The notes beneath the pieces were generated by a model. It worked only from the letters and a program-made list of their open reading frames with translations. It was not told the origin of the DNA and searched no databases. The position numbers and the translations under genes are program-made. A DNA stretch of 63,798 bases, filler included, from Octopus bimaculoides (Eukaryota): assembly GCF_001194135.2 (NCBI RefSeq). It is 3 parts of 3 records of this genome, joined end to end, with 100 filler letters (N's around TTAATTAATTAA, not from the genome) between each part and the next. Parts side by side here need not be neighbours in the genome. Positions count along the whole stretch, not along the records: positions 1 to 31,984 come from NC_068998.1; 2 more parts are not named here. The stretch is one strand, 5' to 3'. Positions 12,269-24,840 of the stretch are shown piece after piece (position 1 is the first letter of the stretch; every line of letters starts with the position of its first letter).

Positions 12269-12416
12269 CTTGGAGCAAACAAGAATAAAAATCACCATAA
12301 AACTTCACTTTTGCTTTTAGACCACCATCAGTAGTAGCACTGGACAGTATCCTGCTTTCCATAAAGCTCTTTTCGTTGTGATACTTCATCCTATAATTTG
12401 ATTTATTTCCATTTAC
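12269..12416 (-). CDS. Candidate internal coding exon of an unidentified host gene (VNGNKSNYRMKYHNEKSFMESRILSSATTDGGLKAKVKFYGDFYSCLLQ)
   Basis: Acceptor ttttttcatag|, donor CAAG|gttagt, 148 bp with one open frame. In-frame stops lie immediately outside both splice sites. No family recognised. Confidence 0.3.
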
Positions 12417-12497
12417 CTATGAAAAAATAGTGATTTTGTTAATTAGCTCACCTTCATACCTGCCATTTCGGGTATGAAGTTAGTTTCTCAATAACAT

Positions 12498-12893
12498 GGC
12501 ACAGGAGTGGCTGTGTGGTAAGTAGCTCGCTTACCAACTACATGGTTCCGGGTTCAGTTCCACTGCATGGTACCTTGGGCAAGTGTCTTTAACTATAGCC
12601 TCGGGCTGACCAAAGCCTTGTGAGTGGATTTGGTAAATGGGAACTGAAAGAAACCTGTTGTATATGTGTGTGTGTGTGTGTGTCTATTTATGTCACCTTG
12701 ACCTGACATTGCATGATAGTTATAAAATAATTATCTGACCATGGAGTAATATTACCTTGCTTGGAAATGGAAACAGGTGATGGTTGATGATAGACAAGGC
12801 ATCTGAGCATAAACAATCTGCAGCAATAATCTCTGTCTAACTCATGCAAATATAGAAAAATGTGCATAAAACCGATGATGATATTGATGAAGA
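12498..12893 (+). mobile_element. SINE family A head plus (TG) hinge plus RTE-derived tail
   Basis: Head ggcacaggagtggctgtgtggtaag...ggttccgggttcagt...accttgggcaagtgtc; tail ggttgatgatagacaaggcatc...aaaatgtgcataaaaccgatgatg resembles the RTE (GAT)n tail. Confidence 0.7.
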
Positions 12894-13780
12894 TGTGTAG
12901 CTGGGGGTAGTCATGTTTGTAGCTTCAATTCACTAATAGTTTTTTTCTAATATCACTTAATCACTTTCTAATTCTACCTTGACTAAATGAAGCTAATTTT
13001 TTTAATCATGTATTTAACATTAAAGTAATATTTTGCTCGTAGCATTAATTTGAATGTACAGTTTACAAAGAGTGTTACTGACAAGAAATGTCAGATAAAA
13101 AGCAATGAAATAAAAGGAGTAAAGTACATGGTTATAAAGGCATGCTTTTAGCTAAACTTCACTATTGCAAAGCCATCATAAATCTCAAAGTAAATCTTCT
13201 ATACAGTCCAGCATTTTTAATATGTTGAAAGGAATAGAAATATGATTTATACTCATCACATGTTGCAAGCACTGCATGTACATGTGCAGCAACAATAGAT
13301 GATTGTAACAGAATTCTATAATACCATCTTTACATCCATAATTTCATTTACATGTTCCAAACAAACACATTCACTAACACAAACACGCACATATATAGGC
13401 CTACACGCTTTTCTCTGAAGGCAGGCTACCAATAACCAATATCACCTGATAAAAACACATTGGACAATGTAATCCAAGACATGTAAAAAAAAGTAAGATG
13501 ATCATGGCAGGAGAGTACTTGAGCATAGATCTGCTCAATTAAACTTCACCTGGGGCTAAACAATATAAAAAACACAGTGAACTAAACGTTTTCCTATGAA
13601 CAATAACTTTAAATTGGCGTTATTATTGTTATTATAGGCAGAGAATAGCTGTGAGTTTAAGTGACTTGTTACGGACCCATGTNNNNNNNNNNNNNNNNNN
13701 NNNNNNNNNNNNNNNNNNNNNNNNNNNNNNNNNNNNNNNNNNNNNNNNNNNNNNNNNNNNNNNNNNNNNNNNNNNNNNNN

Positions 13781-13900
13781 CATTTCAAATAACACAAAAT
13801 CCGTTAGATTCACTTCAACATTTAAATTTAATTTGTCAAAATATTTTCGTCGCTTTGAGACCGCGACCTGTTCACTGACAAAATTCTGTGCTGCATCTAT
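13781..13900 (-). mobile_element. Probable Penelope-like element terminus with hammerhead-like fold (13832-13882)
   Basis: Minus strand: tttgtca GTGAACA g gtcgc-ggtctcaaa-gcgac GAA AATATT t tgacaaa. It is next to a gap and ends in (TA)n. Confidence 0.45.
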
Positions 13901-14109
13901 ATATATATATATATATAAAAGGAAAAGGGTAAAAAACAAGGCAGGGTGATCATCTCAGGTCATTTGGAATATTTAGTTAAGTAAGGTGAATATATATTTT
14001 TATATGAGTGTCTGCCTTTGTGTACTGACAATAGATATTTGGTTTGTTTGTTTTCTTTTTTTTTTTTGTTCCCCACTGCAATTTAGCATTTCAGTAAATG
14101 ACTATGCCA

Positions 14110-14216
14110 GAGTAATTAACCAGACTTAAACGATAAGTACTATGGTCAATTTATTCAAATAAAACCTTCAAAGTGGTGCTCCAGCATGGCTGCATTCCGA
14201 CTGATAAACAAGGAAT
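14110..14216 (+). mobile_element. SINE family A tail fragment
   Basis: aaccttcaaagtggtgctccagcatggctgca...actgataaacaag matches the family A tail end. Confidence 0.5.
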
Positions 14217-14338
14217 GAGATAAAAATTAAAAAAAGTTGTTGTTTGTTGATACAGCATTCATATGATCCAACTAGTCTCAGTCATGACAATCCTTCATTT
14301 TTATGGCATAATATAACTAGGACATCATCTGATTTGAC

Positions 14339-14490
14339 TTCATCATCATCATCATCATCGTTTAACGTCCGCTTTCCATGCTAGCATGGGTTGGACGATT
14401 TGACTGAGGACTGGTGAAACCGGATGGCAACACCAGGCTCCAATCTAAATTTGGCAGAGTTTCTACAGTTGGATGCCCTTCCTAACGCCA
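14339..14490 (-). mobile_element. Short 5'-truncated RTE tail, near-identical to 855-1005
   Basis: Reverse complement matches 855-1005 with 3 substitutions by manual comparison; carries a (CAT)n tail. Confidence 0.85.
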
Positions 14491-15599
14491 GAAAGATGTT
14501 ATTCAAGGCAGAAGTGCACTCAATTTCCAGCAAGCTGAACACTCCTCTGTTCTTCCGTTTAGTAAAAGGGAAACCGATGGATCAACCTCTTTAAGGTATT
14601 TTTTGTTTTGAGTGCAACCACAGTTTATATATCTTTCACTGACCATTTGCTTTTCCCATCAATAACTATCTACCCAAATAAATAAGGTAGTTTGCAGGTA
14701 CCTGCTGAACTTAATACAAACACAAACCAAATTTTCACTTCATTCACACATACCAACATAAAAAATTTAAGATCAGATACATTGCTTACTGAATTCTCTC
14801 ATACATTATACCTAAAAACAGCCTGTGGCAGTCATTGATTTTAACTAAAAATTAACTGATTTTTATTTGAAGTGCATGTTATATCAGTGAAGATGCTTCC
14901 ACCAGTTTATCCATTCTGCATTATGTAGAAGTCACATATGTATCAGCAAGTGACCTGCTGTTGTTAAAATGAAAATCACATGTTTTTAGACTTTGATATT
15001 CTGGGGAATGATACCTACAAAGTCTGAATATGGAATGACTTTCAAATGTTAGAACAAAAAAACTATATTGAAACAATGACCTAGCACAATAAGCATTTTT
15101 CATGTATGTATTTAATAAAATATAGTTTGATTCAGCTTCATGCAACTTAAACCTTCAGTTCTGAGCTTGATGAGTTAGTCATTTGACAAGCCAATGAAAT
15201 TTTATGTTGCATGGAACCAAACCAAAATGTTATATTGTATGTACCTTCAACCAAATATGCTGAATGATACTTTATTTCATTTGTTTGTCCACTCATTTGT
15301 GTTTGTGTGCGTGTATGTACTTTGTCCAAATTTTAATGAGTCACCAAAAGTAGACATTCACATATTAGGGAAGAGAGTGAGAACTTCATTATTATTTAGA
15401 TTGTATTTTAGTTTCTTACCAACCAATTTATGATGTTATGTATTGACTTTACACTGAAAATAAATAGTTAAATTCAGCAATCAAAGAACGTGAGCTTTTT
15501 GGTATTGGAGGCTTTAAAACACTACATTCAGTTTATAGATCTCATGCAGGATATCCCACATTACTGCATAAGGAACATAGGGCTGGTTTCTCTAACATA

Positions 15600-15780
15600 T
15601 ATTCTTCTCTGGACAAGACACCAGTCTGTAACAAGATCACTTATTTTTTACCAGCTTAGTGGACTGCAGCCACATGAAATACATTGTGTTCTTGAGTAAA
15701 GCATTTTATCACCTGAGCCAAGAATCAAAACCACAATCTTACAAGCCATGTGCCTCCACTTATGCACCCATAATTATTAA
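15600..15780 (-). mobile_element. Degenerate SINE family C
   Basis: cagcttagtggactgcagccacatgaaat...cttgagtaaagca is the reverse of the family C core at 49850-49890. Confidence 0.4.
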
Positions 15781-16526
15781 AAAATGAAATAAAATTCATG
15801 GCTGAAAGAACACATTCCACTTTCATAAATTTGATTATAGGATAGAGAAGAGATACGGTTGAGGTGGAGAACGTGAGATGTAGAGAGTGAGGTCAAATAG
15901 AAGCCTGGGGAAGAGTTGAGAAGAATTGAATGGGAAGGAGTTGGGGAGAGTTAGTGTTAAACATGTATGGTTGTGTATAAATGTGAATAAGTCTTGATAC
16001 TTGGTGAATAAGGAATATTAATTTCTCATTTAGCATCGATGTTTGAAAAACTGACACCTATATTTAGGGTGAACCTGATCAGCCTGCTAATATATATTTG
16101 CATGCCTGCTAATTTGTACTAGCACTCATGTGGACAAGAAGATAAAACTCAGTTTTTAAAGTTTAGATAGTCCCTAGGTGGAAGGAGTTTTTCAATATGA
16201 GTGATTGATTGATTGATGGATGGATGGATGGATGGATTTTCCCTCTGAACTTTTTCTTTCCATTTTTTTTTTTACACTATCCACAAGCCAGAGGTGACAC
16301 TTCTTGACCTCCACTTGCAGAGAACCACTTCCATACTTTTCACATCAGCCCTTCTTATGAGCTCTAGGATTAGGTTTTCCCTTAACTCTCATATTCTAAA
16401 CTTATTGGTAAGCTCAGCTGAAATGGATCTGTAATTCTTTATTCTATAAACATAAATATACATCCACTACTAATATATACAAGTGCTCTTCTTTCTGATT
16501 TATGGATTCTTAAGTCTTTATATGTG

Positions 16527-16578
<52 letters not shown>

Positions 16579-17629
16579 TGCACCAACACCAAGTTATAAT
16601 CTCAAACACAGAGCAATATGACATATTCTATTAATTCCAGCTTAGCAGAAGATGTACTTAAATTACAGCCAATTTATCAAAATATTACAATTCAATGTGG
16701 AAATATCCAAACAAACATTATACAGGATTCAGTTTTCTAAAAACATACAATGAACTGTTTAAATGATTACAATCATTAATTCTATGATAAACTTAATAAG
16801 TGTCTAAGCTGCACTTAATATTTCTGATATATGAGATGCAAGGTATAAACCTTTACATCTAAATAATGCTCTACATAGAAAACTATGACAACTAATATTA
16901 ATGAGAGAATATTGTTGTAAAATTCTTTCCATTAAAAGTTATTTCTAGTATAGATGTTTTGGATGTGGTTTATATTTCAATGTGCTACTGAATATATGGT
17001 TAACATAGGATAATATCACCATTTCTGACTCCCCATTGTGTAATTTCACTAAGTCAACTTAACTTCATCTATTTATTAATGTTGTTAATGTTCATTTTCC
17101 TTTGACAGAATGTTCAAAGCAAGAAGTCCAATTTGAGAATCATATATCCAAAATTCTAATATAATTTCCATTACACTCAGTAATTCCAGGTAAATTATAT
17201 AGAAAGTGTGACAGGAAGCTTGTATTGAAGATTCGAATTTAAGTTTGGCACTTTATCTGTGATTCAGTTCAAGAAGTTCATATGAAATTTTGAGATAAAA
17301 TGGGATTATAATGTAGTATACTTTCGTTTTTAAATTATTATTAGAATGGCAGGTAGATTTTCAAATAATATGTTTCCACATAATCATTTTTTAATGCTTT
17401 CATGATAAAACAATACCAAAAACAATAGATCTATATTCAACAGCTCTTTACAAATCACTAGAAAACTTTCTTATATAAAATAATTGTTTTTACTTAAAAT
17501 GAAAAGATTTTCTGTTAATAAAAATTATGTGTGATAGTTGTAAAATTCATAGGCAATTTTATTTGATATTTTACTTTTTTTCTCTTTAAACAAAAGCTTT
17601 GAGCAATTGTTTTAAAAATGTATGGAAGA

Positions 17630-17950
17630 AAAACAGACATACATAGATATGTACACACACACACACATGTATATATACATACATGCATATATATACGTAT
17701 GTGTGTTCATATATATGTATATATACATATATACATATATATACACATACATATGCAGAAATACATACAAATGTACATATATATTTACATACATAGACAT
17801 ATATATATAAATGCATATATGCACACATACATAATATATATGTATATACATATATCTATACATGCTTATATATATATACATATAAGCATGAACCATATAT
17901 ATGTGCATATACAACATATACAAGTGTATTTGTGTATATGTGCATTACAT
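17630..17950. repeat. Degenerate (TA/CA/TACA) compound microsatellite
   Basis: Directly visible. Confidence 0.9.
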
Positions 17951-18715
17951 TTAAATAAATAATTCTTATAACATGCATTAGCTTAAAATATATTTTATAA
18001 GTTATGGCTTTTGATTTAATGTTTTTAAAATGTAACTGAATTGTTGTTGATCATTTCCTTTTCACACTTTTAGATCCATGTCACTCATCTTCTTAACATT
18101 TATCAAATAAAACAATAAATTTCATCGCTATTAAAGGAAAGAAATTTCTTATCAATTTTATTCTATTCAAATGACAAATAATTCTGTCACTTTTCAAATG
18201 GATGTAAATAAAAGACATAAAAAAAAAACAGAAAAGGAAAATTTAACATTTTCAACAATGACAGATTCAAGAAAGGAAGTTTTAGTATATCATCTTCATC
18301 ATCATCATCGTCATCATCGTCGTCATCATCATAATCATCATCGTGGTTGTCGTCATCATTATATATTCTGAATCACTATGTAATTGCCATTTCCACTAGT
18401 TTTATTTCTCTGTTTGATATTTCTGTATATAGTTACTCTTTAATGTTCATATTTACATAAATGTATTTATCAAATGTATTTATTATTTATTTTTTTTATC
18501 TTTGTAGTATCTTATTTTTTTACGTTCTACACTGTCTATTTGCATGTTTCTCTCTGGCATCAAAAATCGGTTTAATATCATTTTCTTCCTTTTCATTAAG
18601 CTATTTCAGTAAGTCACTTTCATCTAAATTCGATTCTATTGTGTCTTCAGCATGAGGTATTTTTGGTGTGTTTGCTTTTAAATTTTCTTTTATGTGTGTG
18701 TTTTTCCTTTCTTAG

Positions 18716-18770
18716 ATCTGGTGAAGCACATCTTCCCCCACCATTTTTACCAGAATATCATGACATAAAA
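18716..18770 (+). CDS. Candidate small exon (SGEAHLPPPFLPEYHDIK), unidentified
   Basis: Strong polypyrimidine acceptor tttttcctttcttag|, donor AAA|gttagt, 55 bp, one fully open frame. Confidence 0.25.
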
Positions 18771-19443
18771 GTTAGTTCACATTAGTTAATATATTTAATT
18801 CAAGCCAAACTCTGCTGAACCAAATTCTATAAATTCAAGGTTGGAGACAATAGCAATACAATTCGATATATACTCCATTTATTTTGTAGTTCAGGAAAAG
18901 AAATCAATATTTTATCAATCAATATATTTGTTGTAACCTCTATCAAATATTTCAAACGTTGCTAGAGGAGATTTCATTTGCTCAAACATGATTTGAATAA
19001 GGCACACTGTGCAAACAGACAGCAAATGTAACTGCATTGAAGGAATAATAGAACACATCGATACTGTGAAAGAGTTTCTCATGATGCATTAGGTGGTGAA
19101 AAGCCTTAGAAGAAAGAAATGTATAATCCTTAGGAGAAGTATGTCCAGGAGCTATAATATACTTTTATATATACATATATCTTTTACAGACAAGAATGTA
19201 AAATTCAAATGCAGTATAACTGTGAAAACAGCAGAGAAAGATTGGGCATTTACACTGAGAAGATGGGAAAATATTACCAACAGGCAGCTTAGCCACTCAC
19301 TGATGACTTTTTTTCCGTCTTCTAAAGAGACTCAATCTTTCCCTGCTGTTCTCGGTTATACTGCATTTGAAATTTACTATTTTGTCTGTAAAATCCCAGC
19401 ACTTCAGCACTTCCAAAGCTTGTTTAATATATATAAATACACA

Positions 19444-19474
<31 letters not shown>

Positions 19475-19528
19475 GCACACACACACATGCACACAGATAT
19501 ATATACATTTATATATATGTTATTTGTA

Positions 19529-19563
<35 letters not shown>

Positions 19564-19590
19564 TGCTATATATATGTGTGTGTGTGTATG

Positions 19591-19980
19591 TGTGTGGCAA
19601 GAAGCTTGCTTCATCACCACAGGGTTCCAAGTTCAGCCTCATTGCCCAACACCTTGGGCAGATGTCTTCTACTATAGCCTCAGACCAACAAAAGCCTTGT
19701 GGGTGGATTTGGTAGGCAGAAATTGAAAGAAGCCTATCATATACATCTATCTATGTGTGTGTATCTTTGTGTCTGTATTTGTCCCCCACCACTGATTGAC
19801 AACTGGGATTGATGTGTTTACATTTCCGTAGCTTAATAGTTGGATAAAAGAGATCGATAGAATTAGAACCAGGCTTTAAAAAAATAAGTACAGGGGTTGA
19901 TTCATTTGACTAAAAATCCTTGAAGGCAGTGCCCTGCCTATCTACAGTTTAATGACTGAAACAAGTAAAAATAAAGGATA
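19591..19980 (+). mobile_element. Near-complete SINE family A (head, microsatellite hinge, tail)
   Basis: tgtgtggcaagaagcttgct...accttgggcagatgtcttctactatagcc...; hinge; gtctgtatttgtccccc...aatgactgaaacaagtaaaa. Confidence 0.75.
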
Positions 19981-19986
19981 TATATA

Positions 19987-20064
19987 GGCACAGGAATGGC
20001 TGTGTGGTAAGTATCTTGCTTACCAGTCACATGGTTCCAGGTTCAGTCCCACTGCATGGCACCT
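19987..20064 (+). mobile_element. SINE family A head running into gap
   Basis: ggcacaggaatggctgtgtggtaag...gttccaggttcagtcccactgcatggcacc. Confidence 0.75.
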
Positions 20065-20203
20065 NNNNNNNNNNNNNNNNNNNNNNNNNNNNNNNNNNNN
20101 NNNNNNNNNNNNNNNNNNNNNNNNNNNNNNNNNNNNNNNNNNNNNNNNNNNNNNNNNNNNNNNNTATATATATATATGTGTGTGTGTGTGTGTAATATGT
20201 ATA

Positions 20204-20363
20204 GGCACAGGCATAGCTGTGTGGTACAAAGCTAGTTACTTATCCACATGGTTCCAGGTTTAGTCCCACTGTGTGGTACCTTGGGCAAGTGTTTTCTACT
20301 ACAGCCTCGGGCCAACCAAAGCCTTGTGAGTGGACTTGGTAGAGGGAAACTGAAAGAAGTCCA

Positions 20364-20412
<49 letters not shown>

Positions 20413-20860
20413 ATAAGGTCTGACAATATAATGGAGGCCTCAAAAGATATTTTAAGATCCGCAATGATCAGAACTTAACTGCAACTCTGGTGGTCCAAAT
20501 CAGATATGCAGTCTATGTGAGTGTCTTTTCAAAACATTGTCTGGTTTAAAAAGCTACATCAGGCACCATGATGGATTTAAGGTATAGGTACAGGAGGTGG
20601 TCAGACTCTGCACCATATATGTGTTGATATGTACGTGTGTGTATGCCTTTATATCAGTGTTTGTCCCCTCATCTTCACTTGACAATTGACGTTGGTGCAT
20701 TTACATCCTCATAACTTAGCAGTTCAGCAAAAAAGACTGATAGAATAAGTACTAAGCTTTAAAAAAAGTCCTGGAGTCGATTTGTTCAACTAAAACCCTT
20801 CAAGACAGTGCTCCAGCATGGCTGCAGTCAAATCATTGAAACAAATAAAAGAATTAAAAA
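20204..20860 (+). mobile_element. SINE family A head (20204-20365), (TA)n, unrelated insert, tail (20650-20860)
   Basis: Head and tail both match the other copies and are separated by a microsatellite plus ~200 bp of extra sequence. Confidence 0.65.
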
Positions 20861-22114
20861 TATATATATATGCGCAGAAAAGCTGTGAATTAATGTTTAC
20901 TCCACAAAGAATACATCAGAACAGCTGGTGAAGAACTTTGTAGCTAAAATTAAAATTGACTGCTATAAAACATTTATTACTCTGTATATAAACTCAACGA
21001 ACTTTCTCTCTGTTCTCTTGCTTCCTAATTTACTAACATTCTTGGAAGAACAAAACATTTTCTGTGTATTTCTTCTAAACTTTAATTATTTCCATCTTTA
21101 ATGAAGTGTCTCACTTCATAAAATATCTAATTCATAATCATAGGTCACATCATGCTGATGATTTCTAAAAAGAATAAAATAGTGCTTGGCATTATTATCA
21201 ATGTCTACAATTTTCAAGATCTTTGTATTGAGTAAATAGAATCAAGAAATTTAATATGTTAATTCTATGCATTTTTCTTTATAATTCCATACTTTCAATC
21301 TCAGAATTTCAATCTTGTGTCATGCTACAGGGAAATGATTATCTTCCATGTGATTGCTATAACTCTCAATGGGACCATATGTATATCTATCTATCTATCT
21401 GTCTGTGTGCATATGTGTGTGTGTCAGTGTGTGTGTGTGTCTGTGTGTGTGTGTTTAATTGTGAGCAAGACTGCAGTATTTCATTTCACAACTAAAATAT
21501 ACTACCAAGGATATTACAGATTTACAACTCAATATTGTGTCTTATCATGTGTTTACAGTGCAATATTTTCTACTTTTAAGTTTATCTCCATTGATGGTCT
21601 ATAGAATTCACTGCCAGCATTGCAAGTTATGACATTTCATAAACAAATATGTCTGTGGAAATAATGTGTCGCATCCAACAATAACGAAGTCTGGATGAAA
21701 AAATTTAAGTAAAAATAAAGTATACATTGGAATACATACGTATGTGTGTCTTAGTGTGTGTATAAAATTAATAAAGCCACACTTATATTTACTGGATATG
21801 ACATATTCTATGTGTATGAATATTGAAAGAAATATAAGTATGAGGCTCAGGACTTAAATATCTCAAAGTATCATATGATAAAAACACATCCATCAGTGAT
21901 GATGGACATTTTATATTCATAGATGTCGATTTATATTGTATTGGTGTAATGCATTTTAAATAAAGGGAACACAATGCAATAAAACATAAATAAGGATAAT
22001 GTCTACCAATGAGAGATAGAAAGCTCTTCGTATAGAAAATAGTGTTATATTATTTATTAGAACCAAAAGCTTCCTAGGTAGTTATAGAGATTAGAAGATG
22101 TATACATCCATATA

Positions 22115-22345
22115 GCAGATGCTCAGGGGCAATAAACACTGAAGATGTACAGAAAAGAGATTCCATCACAGGCCAGGGGGAGAAACTAGAAGTAGTTAAT
22201 AGCTTCTGCTACCTAGGTGACCAGGTCTGTTGTAGGGGTGGGTGGTTACTCTGAGAGTGTAGCGACTAGAATAAGAATACCCTAGGCAAAGTTCAGGCAG
22301 CTACTACCTCTGCTGGCAACTAAGGGTCTGTCGCTCAGGATGAAA
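22115..22345 (+). mobile_element. RTE LINE ORF2 fragment
   Basis: RCSGAINTEDVQKRDSITGQGEKLEVVNSFCYLGDQ...LLPLLATKGLSLRMK, homologous to 6500-6720. Confidence 0.75.
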
Positions 22346-22349
22346 TAAT

Positions 22350-23617
22350 ATGTTTGAATGAAAATAATCATGAGATTATGATGTCATACAGCCCCTAATG
22401 TTTGATGCATGATCCTCCACATGCAACAACCTTCCTGACATGCTGATCCATTGAATTTGTTAAAGTGATGATACCTTCATGTGTCGTGCTTTGAGCCGCA
22501 TCTACAATAGCATCCCAAAGGGTAGCTTGACTTGAAAACTGCTGTCCATCTTGGTAAACGCACCTCTTCAGAACACTCCACAGGTTCTTGATTGGGTTTA
22601 AATCAGGGAAGAAGGTGGCCACTCCATCAAACAACTTCCACAGAAGCCTATTTGCTACAGGTATTTCTTAGGATTCTTTGCTGCATGAGGTGGGGTACTA
22701 TCTTGCATGAAGACCAGCTTTTTCATGAATGAAAGGTTTCGCTTTTTGAACCACAGTTGGAAATTGTCATTTAAGAAGGTAACATGTTTTCAGTGTCTTC
22801 TTAATGCCATCTGGGATTTTCTATAGCCTGACCATCATACCACCAATGATGCCAGCCCAAAACATGACCCCCATCTCCCCACTGTTGGTATCTCAAATGA
22901 TGAGAACAGTTCCTGCTGATTGATACCCAGACTTTACTCCAGCCATCTGGTCCATCAAGGTTAGCACAGCATTCATTACTGAACAAAACTGTTGAAAAAT
23001 TTATCTTAATGTATTCTTCTGCCCATTTTAGTCTCTTCTGATTATGAACAGCCTTCAGAGAAGTCCTTGTAACATGTTTAAATTTCCCGGCTACCTGCTT
23101 CAAGTGGCGACACCTGGTAATTTTCGATACGTCTTCCCTGCCACAACATTTGAAGACTTCTCTACTTGTTAGACATGGGTTCCACACAACTTCCTTTTTC
23201 ACACATGACAAAGTACGATTCAAAACAACCCTCGACTTACCCTTATCTGCCCTCGACTGAACAGAAATAGGGGACTGCACAAATTTCTTCACTCTTCGGT
23301 GATTTCTTCCCAGTCACTTTAACATTTCTATGGTTGTTTTCCTTTTCCAAGCTCTGACACAATGGCAGACTTCTCATTATGTTTCTGCCCCATAATGACA
23401 CTTAAATTGGGCACCTGCCTAATAATTTGGGGCAGCAGAAATGTTGCTTGCTACCCAAAAATGGCCACAGTTTGTTTTTGTTTGCACAGATCCAATTTAT
23501 TTTAACAGAATATGTGCAGATAGGTGTTACCAACAGTCAGTGGGAAAACAACTGGCTTTGAACGAATACACATTTATTGAGAGAAGGTTGATTTACCTAA
23601 TAATGTGGGACGCAGTG
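22350..23617 (-). mobile_element. Tc1-family transposon remnant (IR/DR type), one TIR retained
   Basis: Minus-strand peptides RLKWAEEY...VLFSNECCANLDGPDGW and FPDLNPIKNLWSVLKR. Terminus TA|CACTGCGTCCCACATTATTAGG at 23619-23596 with an inner repeat CCAAATTATTAGGCA near 23414-23429. Confidence 0.88.
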
Positions 23618-23676
<59 letters not shown>

Positions 23677-24357
23677 CTTTATCAACATTATTCTATTCTT
23701 TTTCAACTGTTGTTATTTCCTCTTTGTGTCTTTCTCTCATTACTATCCACAACTTTCTTGCATGCTTCCTTACCTAAAATCTGTTTTTTCTTTTGTATTT
23801 GTTTAATGCAGTGGATTTATTCATCTCTTTTATTAAATGTAGTTTTCTTTCAAGATTCAGTGAACATTTAAAGAGAGATGTATCATAGATTTAACTCATT
23901 TATATTCTTTAATGTTTATATATTCCCGTCTAACTATACACAAGCACATATACGTAAGTAAATACGCTTTGGTATGGTTACAATGTTTTCTATTTGCTTC
24001 TTTTTTTTTGTGTTGCTCACAGAAATTTGCTTGTGGGTAAGTTTTATCTTTCTTTGCAATGTATACATGCATCCATGCAAGTAACCATCTTCTGTAGAAC
24101 AAAAATTGATTTCATCTTGAAAACTTTATATGCACAAATTTTTTTTACTTGTGTGCACTAGTTGCAAAATGTGTGTATGCACCCAAGTGCACAGCATAAA
24201 GGGAACTTTGTATGAGTATTTCCTTAAGAAACCTGCTTCAAAACTATGTGTTTCTGAGTTTAGTCTTGCTGCATCAAACCTTTAACAAATGACTTCAGTT
24301 ATAGTCCCGAGTCCTTTGAAGGAATTTAGTAGTTAGACCTGGTGCTGAAGCTTTTGG

Positions 24358-24449
<92 letters not shown>

Positions 24450-24479
24450 CTGTCTGTGTGTGTGTGTGTGTATGTATAC

Positions 24480-24512
<33 letters not shown>

Positions 24513-24513
<1 letters not shown>

Positions 24514-24840
24514 CTTTTACTCTATTACTTGTTTCAGTCATTTGACTGCATCCGTACTGGAGCACCGCCTTTAGTCGAACAAATCGGCCCCAGGACTTAT
24601 TCTTTGTAAGCCTAGTACTTATTCTATCACTCTCTTTTGCCAAACCACTAAGTTACGGGGACGTAAACACACCACCATCGGTTGTCAAGCGATGTTGGGG
24701 GACAAACACAGACACGCAAACATATACACACATACACACATACATATATACATGTACATATATATGACAGGCTTCTTTCAGTTTCCGTCTACCAAATCCA
24801 CTCACAAGGCTTTGGTCAGCCCGAGGCTATAGTAGAATAC
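24513..24840 (-). mobile_element. SINE family A lacking the tRNA-derived 5' end
   Basis: Reverse of full tail, hinge and 3' part of head (ttcagtttccgtctaccaaatccactcacaaggctttggtc). It stops abruptly at gtagaa. Confidence 0.85.

Noticed and set aside
17109-17189. 81-bp segment with good acceptor and donor (ttttcctttgacag| ... CAG|gtaaat)
   Set aside because: Stops in all three frames. It could only be a non-coding or terminal exon, which cannot be supported here.
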